64,000 nt of DNA from an uncultured Rikenellaceae bacterium (GCA_964613785.1 CAZTJT010000023.1:1824-65823), one strand, 5' to 3'; numbered from the stretch's first letter, positions 28,701 to 38,879 are shown. A program made the numbers and translations. Notes: generated from the letters alone by a model not told the origin.

Positions 28701-31490
28701 ATGAGTTGCAGAATAAAAGAAACAGTCAGAGCCATAGTGGCTATTTCGTTGCTTATCCCGGCAGGCCTTTTTTCACAATCCGTTACTGTAAAACAGGTAA
28801 AACTTACCCGTTTCGAACTTCAGTCATCTGCAGTTATACCTGAAAGCGGTGAGCAACTATCGGTTCCGGGTTACAGGTCCAATGTTTACTGGTTTCCGGT
28901 AAAAGTGCCTTCAACAGTTCTTACAGGGCTGGTTGCAAATAATATCTATCCCGATCCATACCAGGGGATGAATAACATGCTTATCCCTGATGCTTCAGAC
29001 GAATTCAATAAAAAATACAATCTGGAGCAGTACAGTCATTTACCAAATGATCCAAATCCCTGGAAAAAGCCATACTGGTACAGGTCCACATTTGATGTTC
29101 CTGCGGCTGATAAGGGAAAGTTTTTTCAGCTTATATTCAAAGGCATAAACTATCGTGCGGCAGTTTGGGTTAATGGCCGGCAGATAGCCGATTCCTCCGA
29201 TATGGCCGGAATGTTTGCCCAGCATAGCCTTGATATAACAAGGCATATCAGGGCAGGAGAGAAAAATGCACTTGCAGTGAAAATATATCCGCTTGATTAT
29301 CCTGGTCTGCCTGATACAGAACAGCTTGAAGCTTTGGGTGATTTCTATCTGAACGGTGGTCCTACAGGTGATATCGGGAAAAATGTAACAATGGTGTGTT
29401 CCGTGGGATGGGACTGGGTGCCACCTGTCCGCGACAGGAATATGGGTATCTGGCTGCCCGTCTATCTCAGGACCACAGGAAGTGTTACAATAGGAAATCC
29501 ACGGATTGCCACTCAGTTTACAAATGAGACTGATACCACAATGGCAAAGCTTTCTCTCAGCATGACACTTTTTAATCACGGGAACAGCGAGGAAAATGGA
29601 AATCTCCTTGTAAAAATATCTCCTGAGAATTTCCCTGGTGAATCCTTTCAGTTCTCAAAAAGTGTCACTTTGAGCAGCAGAGGTCGCAGCCTGGTGGAGT
29701 TCAATCCAGATAATGCCAGTGAACTACTTTTAAAGAATCCTGTTCTTTGGTGGCCTAACGGATACGGAAAACCGAATCTGTACAGAGTCCGTCTCCAGTA
29801 TTCAAATGGTTCAGGAATAACGGATGATACTACCTTCCTTTTTGGGATAAGAACCGTAGCATCAAAGACTGTTGATGTTAAAGGCAGCCTTCGCCGCGAT
29901 TTCTATGTGAACGGCAGAAGGATACATCTTACAGGTGGTGCCTGGGTTCCCGACTTTATGCTGAACCGTGACTCGCTAAGGTATGATTATGAATTGAGGC
30001 TTTGCCGCAACTCAAATATTAATCTTGTAAGGATATGGGGAGGAGGAGTGACTCCCTGCGATGAGTTTTTTGAGGCCGCAGATAAATACGGGTTACTTGT
30101 CTGGTCCGATTTCTGGGTTACGGGTGATACCCAGGGCGAATTCAAGGGATCACCCGACTGGCCCCTGGAAGGCGAAGTTTTCAAGAAAAATGTTGAGAAT
30201 ACTATCCTGCGAATCAGGAACCATCCAAGCCTCCTTCTGTGGACCGGAGGCAATGAAGGGCATGCAAGAAAAGAGCTTTATGATTTCATGCGTACCAGTG
30301 TCATTAAGCTTGACGGAACCCGGCCATTTATTCCAAGTTCATCGGGTTTTGCGAAGCTGCCCGAAGGATGGGACGGTTCATGGCCCGACAATCAGCCCGG
30401 AGGGGTTTACAGTGGCGGTCCATATACCTGGCAGGATCCAAGAGAATATTATAAAAAGGCTATTGAAGCAAAAGACTGGGTCTTTAAGGATGAAACAGGC
30501 ATACCCTCACAGCCTCCTTATAACATCCTGCACAAAATTATACCGGATCTGATATGGGATAAAACATTGCCATTTCCGCTTAATCATACCTGGGGTTATC
30601 ACGATGCAGCAACAGGAAACGGTCGTTGGGATCTGTATTACAAGGAAATGGTCAGAAGATACGGCGAGCCTGTATCAATGGAAGACTTCTGTGACAAAAT
30701 GCAGCTTATGAATGCCATTGGCTATCAGGGTATATTCGAAGCCGCCGGGCACAAGCTCAACGATATTGGAGGTGTAATGCTTTGGAAACTCAATGCGGCA
30801 TTCCCCAGCGTGGTCTGGCAGGTGTATGACTGGTACCTTCAGACCAATGCCGGTTATTATTTTATGCAGAATGCCTGCGAACCGGTCCATATTCAGCTTA
30901 ACCTGGCCAACAATAAGGTTACCGTGCTCAACAGGACATATAAAAATGCTCCCGGCCTTGTTTCTCATGTAGATATGTATAATATGAATTCTGAACTACT
31001 TTTCCATGAGGAGAAAAAAGTAAGTCTGGGTCCTACTGATGTTAAAGAGACATCGGCCATCGGACCAAAACTTTCAAAGACAAAAGAACTTGTTTTCGTT
31101 GTCCTTAACCTTAAAAATGCTCTGGGAAAAGTTATTTCCAGTAACATATACTGGATTTCACCCGATAACAACTACAAGCAGATGAGAGAAATGAAAGAAA
31201 CATCTGTAAACATAAGGATAACCGACGAGAAAAAGGAGAAGGATAATATTTCATGGACTATTGAGATCAGCAATCCCTCCGGTATGCTGGCATTTTTCAT
31301 TAGGCCACAGATCATGTCATGTGGAGAAGAAGTACTTCCATCGCTGTGGTCAAGGAATTATATCTCCCTGGCACCGGGAGAAAAAACTGTTGTTAATGTA
31401 ACCTGTCCTCTGGCCCGACTAAAGGATGATACTCCTGTATTAAAAGTATCAGGATGGAATGTTCAGAAAGTTGAAGTTCCTGTCAGATAG
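28701..31490 (+). CDS. GH2 glycoside hydrolase (endo-beta-mannosidase / beta-mannosidase / glucosaminidase subgroup), secreted
   Basis: Signal peptide; GINYRA, GWDWVPPVRDRNMGIW, RIWGGG, RNHPSLLLWTGGNE (acid/base), FKDETG (nucleophile). Confidence 0.9.
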   Translation: MSCRIKETVRAIVAISLLIPAGLFSQSVTVKQVKLTRFELQSSAVIPESGEQLSVPGYRSNVYWFPVKVPSTVLTGLVANNIYPDPYQGMNNMLIPDASDEFNKKYNLEQYSHLPNDPNPWKKPYWYRSTFDVPAADKGKFFQLIFKGINYRAAVWVNGRQIADSSDMAGMFAQHSLDITRHIRAGEKNALAVKIYPLDYPGLPDTEQLEALGDFYLNGGPTGDIGKNVTMVCSVGWDWVPPVRDRNMGIWLPVYLRTTGSVTIGNPRIATQFTNETDTTMAKLSLSMTLFNHGNSEENGNLLVKISPENFPGESFQFSKSVTLSSRGRSLVEFNPDNASELLLKNPVLWWPNGYGKPNLYRVRLQYSNGSGITDDTTFLFGIRTVASKTVDVKGSLRRDFYVNGRRIHLTGGAWVPDFMLNRDSLRYDYELRLCRNSNINLVRIWGGGVTPCDEFFEAADKYGLLVWSDFWVTGDTQGEFKGSPDWPLEGEVFKKNVENTILRIRNHPSLLLWTGGNEGHARKELYDFMRTSVIKLDGTRPFIPSSSGFAKLPEGWDGSWPDNQPGGVYSGGPYTWQDPREYYKKAIEAKDWVFKDETGIPSQPPYNILHKIIPDLIWDKTLPFPLNHTWGYHDAATGNGRWDLYYKEMVRRYGEPVSMEDFCDKMQLMNAIGYQGIFEAAGHKLNDIGGVMLWKLNAAFPSVVWQVYDWYLQTNAGYYFMQNACEPVHIQLNLANNKVTVLNRTYKNAPGLVSHVDMYNMNSELLFHEEKKVSLGPTDVKETSAIGPKLSKTKELVFVVLNLKNALGKVISSNIYWISPDNNYKQMREMKETSVNIRITDEKKEKDNISWTIEISNPSGMLAFFIRPQIMSCGEEVLPSLWSRNYISLAPGEKTVVNVTCPLARLKDDTPVLKVSGWNVQKVEVPVR

Positions 31491-31519
31491 AGATTTTATA
31501 GTTCCACATTTGAGTTTTT

Positions 31520-32638
31520 ATGTTTACTGCCTTCATAAATGGTATAATTCTTACTGGTGAAGAAACTATCGAGGGATCAGCACTTCTTATTGAGGATAAA
31601 CAGATCAGGTCGGTCACAGATCCCCGATCATTGCCCCCCGGAATCCGTATCATTGACTGCAATGGAAATTTCATTGCCCCCGGACTGATCGATCTGCAGA
31701 TAGCAGGAGGTGGAGGATACCTTTTTTCAGAGACGCCCACCCCCGCAGCGATGAAAGCAATTGCCGATGCGATTGTAAGAACTGGAACCACCGGTTTTCT
31801 GATTGCGATACCAACAAACACATTTGAAGTGTATAATAAGGTTACATCAGTGGCCGCGGAAAATCCTATGCCAGCTGTACTGGGATTTCATTTCGAAGGT
31901 CCATATATCAGTCCTCAGCGTCGGGGGGCTCATTTTTTAAGCTGCATCAGAAAACCTGACAGGGACGAACTGGATTCATTGCTGAAGGACGCTGGCGGCA
32001 CTATCAGGATGATGACTGTGGCACCGGAAGTCTGTACCCGGGATATTATTGAATGCCTCAATAATCATGGGGTGATTGCTGCCGCAGGCCATAGCAATGC
32101 AACCTTCAGTGAAGCAGTTGAGGGTTTCGGATGGGGAATACGGACAACGACTCATCTATTCAACGCCATGTCGCAGCTTCACCATCGGGATCCGGGTCTG
32201 CCGGGGGCAGCATTCGAAACGGATAACATCATGGCCAGTATTATTGCTGACGGGATACACGTTGACTACAATATGGTTTCAATAGCCAAGAAGATAATGA
32301 AAGAAAGACTTTTTCTTGTTTCGGATGCAGTTGAAGAGAGCTCACAGGGTACAAATCCTCACAGAAGGCAGAAAGACAGGTTTACTCTTCCCGATGGTAC
32401 CTTGTCGGGCTCAGTACTTTCGATGCTTACCGCCGTAAGAAACTGCGTTCGTCATGTGGGAATAGAAATGGATGAAGCTTTGCGTATGGCATCATTGTAT
32501 CCTGCACGGCTGATGGGCCTTTCCGACCGGGGAAAAATAGCAGCCGGATTCAGGGCAGACCTGGTATTGTTTGATAGTGACTTCAATGTCAGTACTGTTG
32601 TCACCGATGGCGAAGTAATTGAAATAAATAATTTATAA
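31520..32638 (+). CDS. nagA: N-acetylglucosamine-6-phosphate deacetylase
   Basis: PGLIDLQ, HFEGP, RGAH, AGHSNA, THLFNAM, ADGIH, VSDA, GTLSGS, PARLMG, G.RADL. Confidence 0.92.
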   Translation: MFTAFINGIILTGEETIEGSALLIEDKQIRSVTDPRSLPPGIRIIDCNGNFIAPGLIDLQIAGGGGYLFSETPTPAAMKAIADAIVRTGTTGFLIAIPTNTFEVYNKVTSVAAENPMPAVLGFHFEGPYISPQRRGAHFLSCIRKPDRDELDSLLKDAGGTIRMMTVAPEVCTRDIIECLNNHGVIAAAGHSNATFSEAVEGFGWGIRTTTHLFNAMSQLHHRDPGLPGAAFETDNIMASIIADGIHVDYNMVSIAKKIMKERLFLVSDAVEESSQGTNPHRRQKDRFTLPDGTLSGSVLSMLTAVRNCVRHVGIEMDEALRMASLYPARLMGLSDRGKIAAGFRADLVLFDSDFNVSTVVTDGEVIEINNL

Positions 32639-32641
32639 GTT

Positions 32642-33499
32642 ATGCTTGGTAACAAGGTAGTTAAATTGCATTTGATCTTATTTCTTGTATTTTCTATTTC
32701 CTGCATGAATCAGAGTAATATTTCAAAAAAATCAGGGGATGGAAAAAGAGAGCCTTTGGTCGAAACCACTATCAGCATGCAGGCAGGAGACTTTGTATAT
32801 GAGTCGGGAGCAATTATCAGAGGTGACACCACCAGCAATATGATAGCACTTGTATTCACAGGAGACACCTTTGCAGATGGTGGCGAATTCATAGCAAAAA
32901 CTCTGAAGGAAAAGAATATCAAAGGTTCGTTTTTCCTTACAGGCAACTTTTACAGGATTGAAGAATTCCATCCTGTGATAGAAAAACTGATAAAAGACGG
33001 AAACTATCTCGGATCCCATTCCGACAAGCATCTTCTGTATTGCGACTGGGAAAACAGGGACAGTCTGCTTGTCACTAAGGATGAGTTCACAAAAGACCTG
33101 AAAGATTCTTATGCGGAGATGAAGAAGTTCAATATCGATCCTGCCTCGGCACGCTTTTATATGCCACCCTATGAGTGGTACAATGATTCAATAGCGTTAT
33201 GGACAAACCAAATGGGGCTTGTGCTTATCAATTTCAGTCCCGGCACAAGAAGTAATGCTGATTACACCTATCCGGAGATGGGAGAAAAATACCTTGACAG
33301 CAGGTGCATACTGAAATCTGTTCTTGATTATGAGAAGTTCTCCCCGAACGGATTGAATGGATTCATCCTTCTTGTCCATATAGGAACCGATCCGCGACGC
33401 ACAGATAAATTCTATTCATATCTTCCTTACCTTATTGATACGATGAAAAGGAGAGGATATGTTTTTGTAAGAATAGATGAACTTCTGGGGAAAAATTAA
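32642..33499 (+). CDS. Polysaccharide deacetylase (CE4/NodB-like) lipoprotein
   Basis: Lipobox SISC; LVFTGD, SFFLTG, GSHSDKH, MPPYEW, LLVHIG. Confidence 0.85.
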   Translation: MLGNKVVKLHLILFLVFSISCMNQSNISKKSGDGKREPLVETTISMQAGDFVYESGAIIRGDTTSNMIALVFTGDTFADGGEFIAKTLKEKNIKGSFFLTGNFYRIEEFHPVIEKLIKDGNYLGSHSDKHLLYCDWENRDSLLVTKDEFTKDLKDSYAEMKKFNIDPASARFYMPPYEWYNDSIALWTNQMGLVLINFSPGTRSNADYTYPEMGEKYLDSRCILKSVLDYEKFSPNGLNGFILLVHIGTDPRRTDKFYSYLPYLIDTMKRRGYVFVRIDELLGKN

Positions 33500-33516
33500 A
33501 GTAGAAATCTCATCTT

Positions 33517-34470
33517 ATGAGTGTTTTGGGAATAGATCTTGGTGGAACCAAACTGGCATGCGCAGTTTTTTCAGAAGAAGGCGACATTCTGATTAAAGAA
33601 ACTGTTACCGTTGGTAAAAGAAAAGGACATGAGGTTGGAATACTGATAACCGATACTATTAAGAGTCTGATTAAAAGATCAGAATCAGAGAGCAACCCGA
33701 TCAGATCGATAGGAATATCTGTACCTGGGATTTCAGGTTCCAGGACAGGAAAGGTATGGGCGCCAAATATAGAAGGTTGGACAGATTATCCGCTCCATTC
33801 CGAGGTAAGCAGGATTTCAGGAGATATCGCAGTATCGATTGACAGTGACCGGGCATGTTATATTCTTGGTGAAGTATGGAAAGGTAATGCAAAGGGATGC
33901 AGGGATGCCGTTTTTCTTGCGGTGGGTACCGGTATCGGGGCCGGCATACTGATCAACGGGGAGATACTGCGAGGCAGCAATGATATAGCCGGTTCAACTG
34001 GCTGGATGGCATTGAACAGACCTTTCCGGGAACAATACATCTCATGCGGATGTTTCGAATATCATGCTTCGGGCAGCGGCCTTGCTAAAGTGGCACAACA
34101 GGTTTTATCGGAGTACCCTCAATATGACAGTATGCTGAAGAAATCGGATCAGGATAAAATCACTTCCCATGAAATTTTTAAAGCCTATGAAAAGGGAGAT
34201 AAGGTTGCAGTCATTGTGATAAAAGAAGCTATTGAATTCTGGGGAATGGCAGTAGCAAATTTTGTAAGTCTGTTCAATCCGGAAAAGATAATTTTCGGAG
34301 GAGGTGTTTTTGGCCCGGCTGCGTCTCTAATCTCAGAAATCAGAAAGGAGGCTCTAAAATGGGCCCAGCCAATAAGCATTACACAGGTTAAGCTTGATGT
34401 CTCAGCACTCGGTGGCGACGCGGGAGTATATGGTGCCGGTTATCTTGCTTTGAAAAGATTAAAAGAGTAA
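33517..34470 (+). CDS. ROK-family sugar kinase (atypical motifs)
   Basis: GIDLGGTK, GISVPG, VGTGIGAG, GCFE, IIFGGG. Confidence 0.9.
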   Translation: MSVLGIDLGGTKLACAVFSEEGDILIKETVTVGKRKGHEVGILITDTIKSLIKRSESESNPIRSIGISVPGISGSRTGKVWAPNIEGWTDYPLHSEVSRISGDIAVSIDSDRACYILGEVWKGNAKGCRDAVFLAVGTGIGAGILINGEILRGSNDIAGSTGWMALNRPFREQYISCGCFEYHASGSGLAKVAQQVLSEYPQYDSMLKKSDQDKITSHEIFKAYEKGDKVAVIVIKEAIEFWGMAVANFVSLFNPEKIIFGGGVFGPAASLISEIRKEALKWAQPISITQVKLDVSALGGDAGVYGAGYLALKRLKE

Positions 34471-34490
34471 CAAAATTTTAAAATAACTTA

Positions 34491-35663
34491 ATGGTCAATA
34501 TGTATAGCAAGAAGTTAGTTTTCTGGGCCGCATGCCTTGGCATATTATTATTTGGAATAGCTCTTATTACACTTGGTTCTGTAGCGCCGAACCTGAGGGA
34601 AAAGTTCGGCCTGGATGAAATTGAGGCCGGAACCCTTTTTTCTATCCTTCCCTTTGGCATCCTTGCCGGATCAATGTTGTTCGGACCCATAGCTGACAGT
34701 TACGGTTATAAGATCTTGCTTGCGCTGTCATGTGTTATGCTTGCCGCCGGCTTTGAAGGTATTGCATTTTCACAGGGCACAGGGTTGCTGAAGATCTGTA
34801 TTTTCCTTGTGGGCCTGGGCGGCGGATCAATAAACGGTGCAACAAATGCTCTGGTTTCTGATATAAGCGACCGCGACAAAGGTGCAAACCTCAGCCTCCT
34901 GGGAGTCTTTTTCGGAATAGGCGCACTAGGCATGCCTCTGCTAATAGGTATACTGGAAAAAACATTAACCTTTGGCCAGATAATCGCATCAATGGGAGTC
35001 CTCTCCTTTGTTACAGGGATAATATTTCTTTTGATAAAGATGCCACTACCAAAGCAGAGACAGGGATTCCCGCTAAGACAAAGTCTGAATTTCTTTAAAG
35101 ACAGGTTTATTATTCTGGTGGCTTTTTTCCTCTTCTTTCAAAGCAGCTTTGAAGGCATAATCAACAACTGGACCACAACCTATCTTATCGACCAGGTACA
35201 CATGCAGCAAAGCAATGCCCTGTTCTCCCTGTCATTGTTCGTTGCCGGAATGGCAATCATGAGACTCATTACGGGAACGATACTGAGGCATATACCTCCC
35301 ATGAGGATCCTGATCGCTTCATTTGCACTAATAATAACAGGATTATTGATTATTTGGTCGGGTAAGGTCCTTTTTACAGTGATGACCGGTTTTATGCTTC
35401 TTGGAGCCGGCCTTGCCGGAGGTTTTCCCATAATGCTGGGATTTGTCGGAGAAATTTATACAGAACTCTCAGGAACTGCTTTCAGTTTTGTTCTCTTTGT
35501 CGCACTTATAGGTAACATGCTTATCAATTATGGAATGGGCATAATTTCGAAAAATTTCGGAATAAATCATCTGATAACTGTCGCATTTTGCGAAACCCTA
35601 ATTATGATAGTGCTGGCAATCTACATCCTCAAATACAAAAGGGATAGAAGCATCCATACATGA
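34491..35663 (+). CDS. MFS sugar transporter
   Basis: About 12 TM segments, GPIADSYGYK loop, FFGIGALGMP. Confidence 0.88.
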   Translation: MVNMYSKKLVFWAACLGILLFGIALITLGSVAPNLREKFGLDEIEAGTLFSILPFGILAGSMLFGPIADSYGYKILLALSCVMLAAGFEGIAFSQGTGLLKICIFLVGLGGGSINGATNALVSDISDRDKGANLSLLGVFFGIGALGMPLLIGILEKTLTFGQIIASMGVLSFVTGIIFLLIKMPLPKQRQGFPLRQSLNFFKDRFIILVAFFLFFQSSFEGIINNWTTTYLIDQVHMQQSNALFSLSLFVAGMAIMRLITGTILRHIPPMRILIASFALIITGLLIIWSGKVLFTVMTGFMLLGAGLAGGFPIMLGFVGEIYTELSGTAFSFVLFVALIGNMLINYGMGIISKNFGINHLITVAFCETLIMIVLAIYILKYKRDRSIHT

Positions 35664-35735
35664 AAAAAATTGAATAATGAAATTTCTCAGGTCGGAATTT
35701 CATTCTGAAAACAAAAAAAAATTACTTTCGCCCTG

Positions 35736-35790
35736 TTAAACCTTTCAACCTTTAAACCATTCAACCTTTAAACCATTCAACCTTTAAACC
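35736..35790 (+). repeat. Tandem repeat, about 3.5 copies of the 16-bp unit TTAAACCATTCAACCT
   Basis: Units start at 35736, 35752, 35768 and 35784 (partial); ends 11 nt before the SIS start codon. Confidence 0.9.
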
Positions 35791-35801
35791 AAACAAACAT
35801 T

Positions 35802-36563
35802 ATGCTGGCAAAACAATGGCTTGAGAACGCAAGAGGTGTAATGACCCGTATCGAGGAAACACAGATGGAAAATATCCGCAAGGCAGCAGAAATGATGGCT
35901 GAGACAATAGAATGTAACAGGTGGGTTCATACGTTCGGTTGCGGTCATGCAACTCTTCCTATAGAAGAAATGTATCCCCGTATAGGAGGATTTGTAGGAT
36001 TCCATCCGATGATTGAACTTCCCCTTACCTTTTTTACAAGGATAACCGGAGAGATGGGGGTACATCAGTTTGTATTCCTTGAGAGGGTTGAAGGTTATGG
36101 CAATGAAATAATGAAAGGTTATGATTTTGACAAAAGGGATATAATGTGGCTTTTCAGTCATTCAGGTATTAATAATGTGAACATAGATATTGCTCTTGAG
36201 GCAAAGAAAAGAGGCATGAAAGTCATCGTCTTCGGTTCGGCAGAAGCTGCAAAAGGCAAGAAGACAAGGCACTCGTGCGGAAAGACCATCTTCGACCTTG
36301 CAGATGTCGTGGTAGACACATGCGCGCCGCTTGAAGATGCCTCAGTTGTACTTAAGAACCATCAGGACAAAATCGGACCTGTTTCAACGATGGCATTCAT
36401 TACCTGTGTCTGGATGACAGTAACCACGGTGGCAGAGATACTTGCCGATAAGGGTGTTAAGCTTTATATTCATCCGTCGCATAATGTTCCGGGCGACGGC
36501 TCTGCCAGGCAGCGGCTCGATGAGGCTCTTGCAGAATACAAGCGCAGAATTGCAGGGGTCTGA
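35802..36563 (+). CDS. SIS-domain sugar isomerase-like protein
   Basis: TFGCGH, FSHSG, VVVDTC, GPVST; SIS_2-type layout. Confidence 0.85.
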   Translation: MLAKQWLENARGVMTRIEETQMENIRKAAEMMAETIECNRWVHTFGCGHATLPIEEMYPRIGGFVGFHPMIELPLTFFTRITGEMGVHQFVFLERVEGYGNEIMKGYDFDKRDIMWLFSHSGINNVNIDIALEAKKRGMKVIVFGSAEAAKGKKTRHSCGKTIFDLADVVVDTCAPLEDASVVLKNHQDKIGPVSTMAFITCVWMTVTTVAEILADKGVKLYIHPSHNVPGDGSARQRLDEALAEYKRRIAGV

Positions 36564-36646
36564 AAATCTAGAAAATCAATACCACTGATTCCGGGTTGCT
36601 GAATTCTTTTATCGATTGTACGAACCACAGGTTTATTATGAGGCAT

Positions 36647-37579
36647 TTAATGCATCTCAGCTTCGCATGTTCCTATTCCACCCCTGAAGTAATTGAACTG
36701 AACATTAGGATGACTTGCAAGTAGGGACATGGGTACAGAGCTGTCTTCAATTCTCTTGCTTATCATCAGAGCCGTAAGTCGCTGACCAAAAGCATTATCA
36801 TGTGTTCCTGCATGCCATATTGATACCTTCTCAGCTTTCCAGGTCTGAACCGGGCCGACCGTGAGAGCCTGTCCGGGAACTCCCGTTACGACTCCGCCGC
36901 CGCTTGTCCTGGCATTCTGCATCAGGGTTATGGGGTGAAGTTCAACCACACGGGTTGTCAATTTCCTGTATTCATCGGGCGAAGGAGGCTCGTTCCTGTA
37001 ATTCCCTTCTCTCCTTACCGGATCGTTGAATGCCCAGTGTTTCGTCTCTCCCTGTCCTCCCTGCATTACTATGCATCTGATACCGCTATCCCAGCTTTTT
37101 ATATAATCGCTTGTGTCAGCTTTTGGGAAATGAAGGTTTGTTTCAGGCATTCTAAGATTTTTGTCTATCCTGTTGAAGCAAAGCTCCCTGTCAGCTCTCT
37201 CAAACGACAGCGGATGTGTGATTTCAGCCTCCTTACCATTGATAAACCATTCGTCCATACCCCAGAAATGTGCATTTGAAAGATCCAGCCTTAGCTCATT
37301 CACCATCCTTGCCACAAGAGGCAACTGTTCGGTTGGCCCGATTGGACCGCATATGCCGGCAGGATTATCCGGGGTGGATTGTTTCCACGATGTTATATAT
37401 TCAAGAGCCTCTGCAAGGTAGAATTCTTCAAGCGTGTCATACATGACTACCCTGAATCCATCTCTCGATAGTTGACTTATATCTTTTGGAGTCAGCTTTG
37501 CGGCATCCGTGAGCAATTCATCATCAAGTGTGGTAAAATCCCACCACTCGGGAGCAAGCATACTTAATTTTCGCGGCAT
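36647..37579 (-). CDS. NagB/glucosamine-6-phosphate isomerase-like protein (divergent)
   Basis: [30 protein letters not shown]...HWAFNDP, ALTVGP; NagB fold recognised but canonical motifs are altered. Confidence 0.7.
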   Translation of the reverse strand: MPRKLSMLAPEWWDFTTLDDELLTDAAKLTPKDISQLSRDGFRVVMYDTLEEFYLAEALEYITSWKQSTPDNPAGICGPIGPTEQLPLVARMVNELRLDLSNAHFWGMDEWFINGKEAEITHPLSFERADRELCFNRIDKNLRMPETNLHFPKADTSDYIKSWDSGIRCIVMQGGQGETKHWAFNDPVRREGNYRNEPPSPDEYRKLTTRVVELHPITLMQNARTSGGGVVTGVPGQALTVGPVQTWKAEKVSIWHAGTHDNAFGQRLTALMISKRIEDSSVPMSLLASHPNVQFNYFRGGIGTCEAEMH

Positions 37580-37694
37580 AAGGATATGACATTAAGAGTT
37601 GTTCTTTATGAGTATGTTATATATTCTTTTCCTTAAATAGTAAAACAATATTAATGCGCAACATTTTACGGGATAAATGATGGTCATTTTCTAA

Positions 37695-38702
37695 TCAATG
37701 CCCCGATGATTTGTCTGCTTCAAATATTACTTTATGAGTTTTTAAGGCATCAGTAAGGCTTGTAAGAGGCATCTCCTTTCCTGCTTCAATTGCTTTGAAG
37801 AATTCTTCAAACTGGGTTTGATAAGGATGATCCGAAACATCTCCCGAATCAAGCATTTTCATTGACAGTTCGCTCCATTTGTTCCTGTTCAGGCCTCCCA
37901 TCTGTGTTGAGTAGAATTTATTGTCGAGAATCGTACCTTCACTTCCCACAAGGTGGAAATGGAAATAGTAAGGCTGGAGACAGTCAATCACTGAAGCAAC
38001 CTTCCCGACTGATCCGTTGCTGAATTTGAGAATGCTTACCGAACTGGTCGGATATTCATATTTGGCAAAATCCCTGTTCGATGAATTTGCGGCAAAGCTG
38101 TGAACAGATACCACTTCACTGTCCATGCACAGGAGAAGTGCATCCAGCGCATGGCATCCGGCCGAAAGCAGGCTGCTCCCTGCAGCTTCCTTCTTGGTGT
38201 TCCATCTGAACTGGCCATACCATGGACCAATACCATGATAGTAATCAACCTCACCGTAATGGATCTTCCCAAGCAGGCCTTTATCGATTATAGCCTTTAT
38301 TGTGAGAAGCTGGCTCGAGAACCTGCATTCAAAGCAAACGCAGGTCCTTACTCCGGCCGACCTGACTGCTTCCTCTACGGCAAGACAATCTTCCCAGCTG
38401 AGTGCTACCGGTTTTTCGATTATCAGATGTTTTCCGGCTTGTGCGCATTGTATCGCCTGTCTGGCATGATCAGCAGGATAACTGCAGATTGAAACAATTT
38501 GTATGTCAGCCTCTTCAAGCATTTTTGCCAGATCGGTATAACATTTAATTCCCGGGCCATGCCTTAAGCTGATCTCCGCAGGATCAAGATTCCTTGAGGA
38601 ACAAATTGCCGTGACCCTGGCATAACCTGTATTGTTAATTGCAGCAATATGAGCACCTGCAGCCCAGCTGTAACCGATAATCCCTACATTGTATTTTTTC
38701 AT
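37695..38702 (-). CDS. Gfo/Idh/MocA family oxidoreductase
   Basis: VGIIG, HARQA, IEKP, GCHALD. Confidence 0.9.
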   Translation of the reverse strand: MKKYNVGIIGYSWAAGAHIAAINNTGYARVTAICSSRNLDPAEISLRHGPGIKCYTDLAKMLEEADIQIVSICSYPADHARQAIQCAQAGKHLIIEKPVALSWEDCLAVEEAVRSAGVRTCVCFECRFSSQLLTIKAIIDKGLLGKIHYGEVDYYHGIGPWYGQFRWNTKKEAAGSSLLSAGCHALDALLLCMDSEVVSVHSFAANSSNRDFAKYEYPTSSVSILKFSNGSVGKVASVIDCLQPYYFHFHLVGSEGTILDNKFYSTQMGGLNRNKWSELSMKMLDSGDVSDHPYQTQFEEFFKAIEAGKEMPLTSLTDALKTHKVIFEADKSSGH

Positions 38703-38740
38703 TTCAGAAAGTGTTTTTTTTGAAAAGAACAGGACGCAAA

Positions 38741-38771
38741 CAAATTTACCTTTTTAATCATCATTTGCAAA
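38741..38771 (-). promoter_or_regulatory. Complete Bacteroidota sigma-A promoter for the Gfo/Idh/MocA gene
   Basis: Minus strand TTTG (38771-38768), 19-nt spacer, TAAATTTG (38748-38741); matches TTTG-N19-21-TAnnTTTG. Confidence 0.7.
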
Positions 38772-38839
38772 ATGAGTCTTAAATAAAGCTATGTCATAAC
38801 TCATTTCTGAAAGGAAAAAATCTTCAGGAATATTTTTCC

Positions 38840-38847
38840 TATATTTG
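38840..38847 (+). promoter_or_regulatory. -7 box (TATATTTG) for the GH5 gene
   Basis: TAnnTTTG 32 nt upstream of ATG 38880. Confidence 0.5.
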
Positions 38848-38879
38848 TTAATTAATTACAGATCAGTATTAAAAGAGTA

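Noticed and set aside
28701-35663. Calling the locus a chitosan (CsxA/csn-type) utilisation operon
   Set aside because: Tempting from GH2 + NagA + CE4 + ROK, but the GH2 acid/base context is GGNE rather than the CsxA-type Asp, and no chitosanase family gene is seen; left open.
35736-35790. Mini-CRISPR or iteron interpretation of the 16-bp repeat
   Set aside because: Units are head-to-tail with no spacers, and there is no cas or rep gene.
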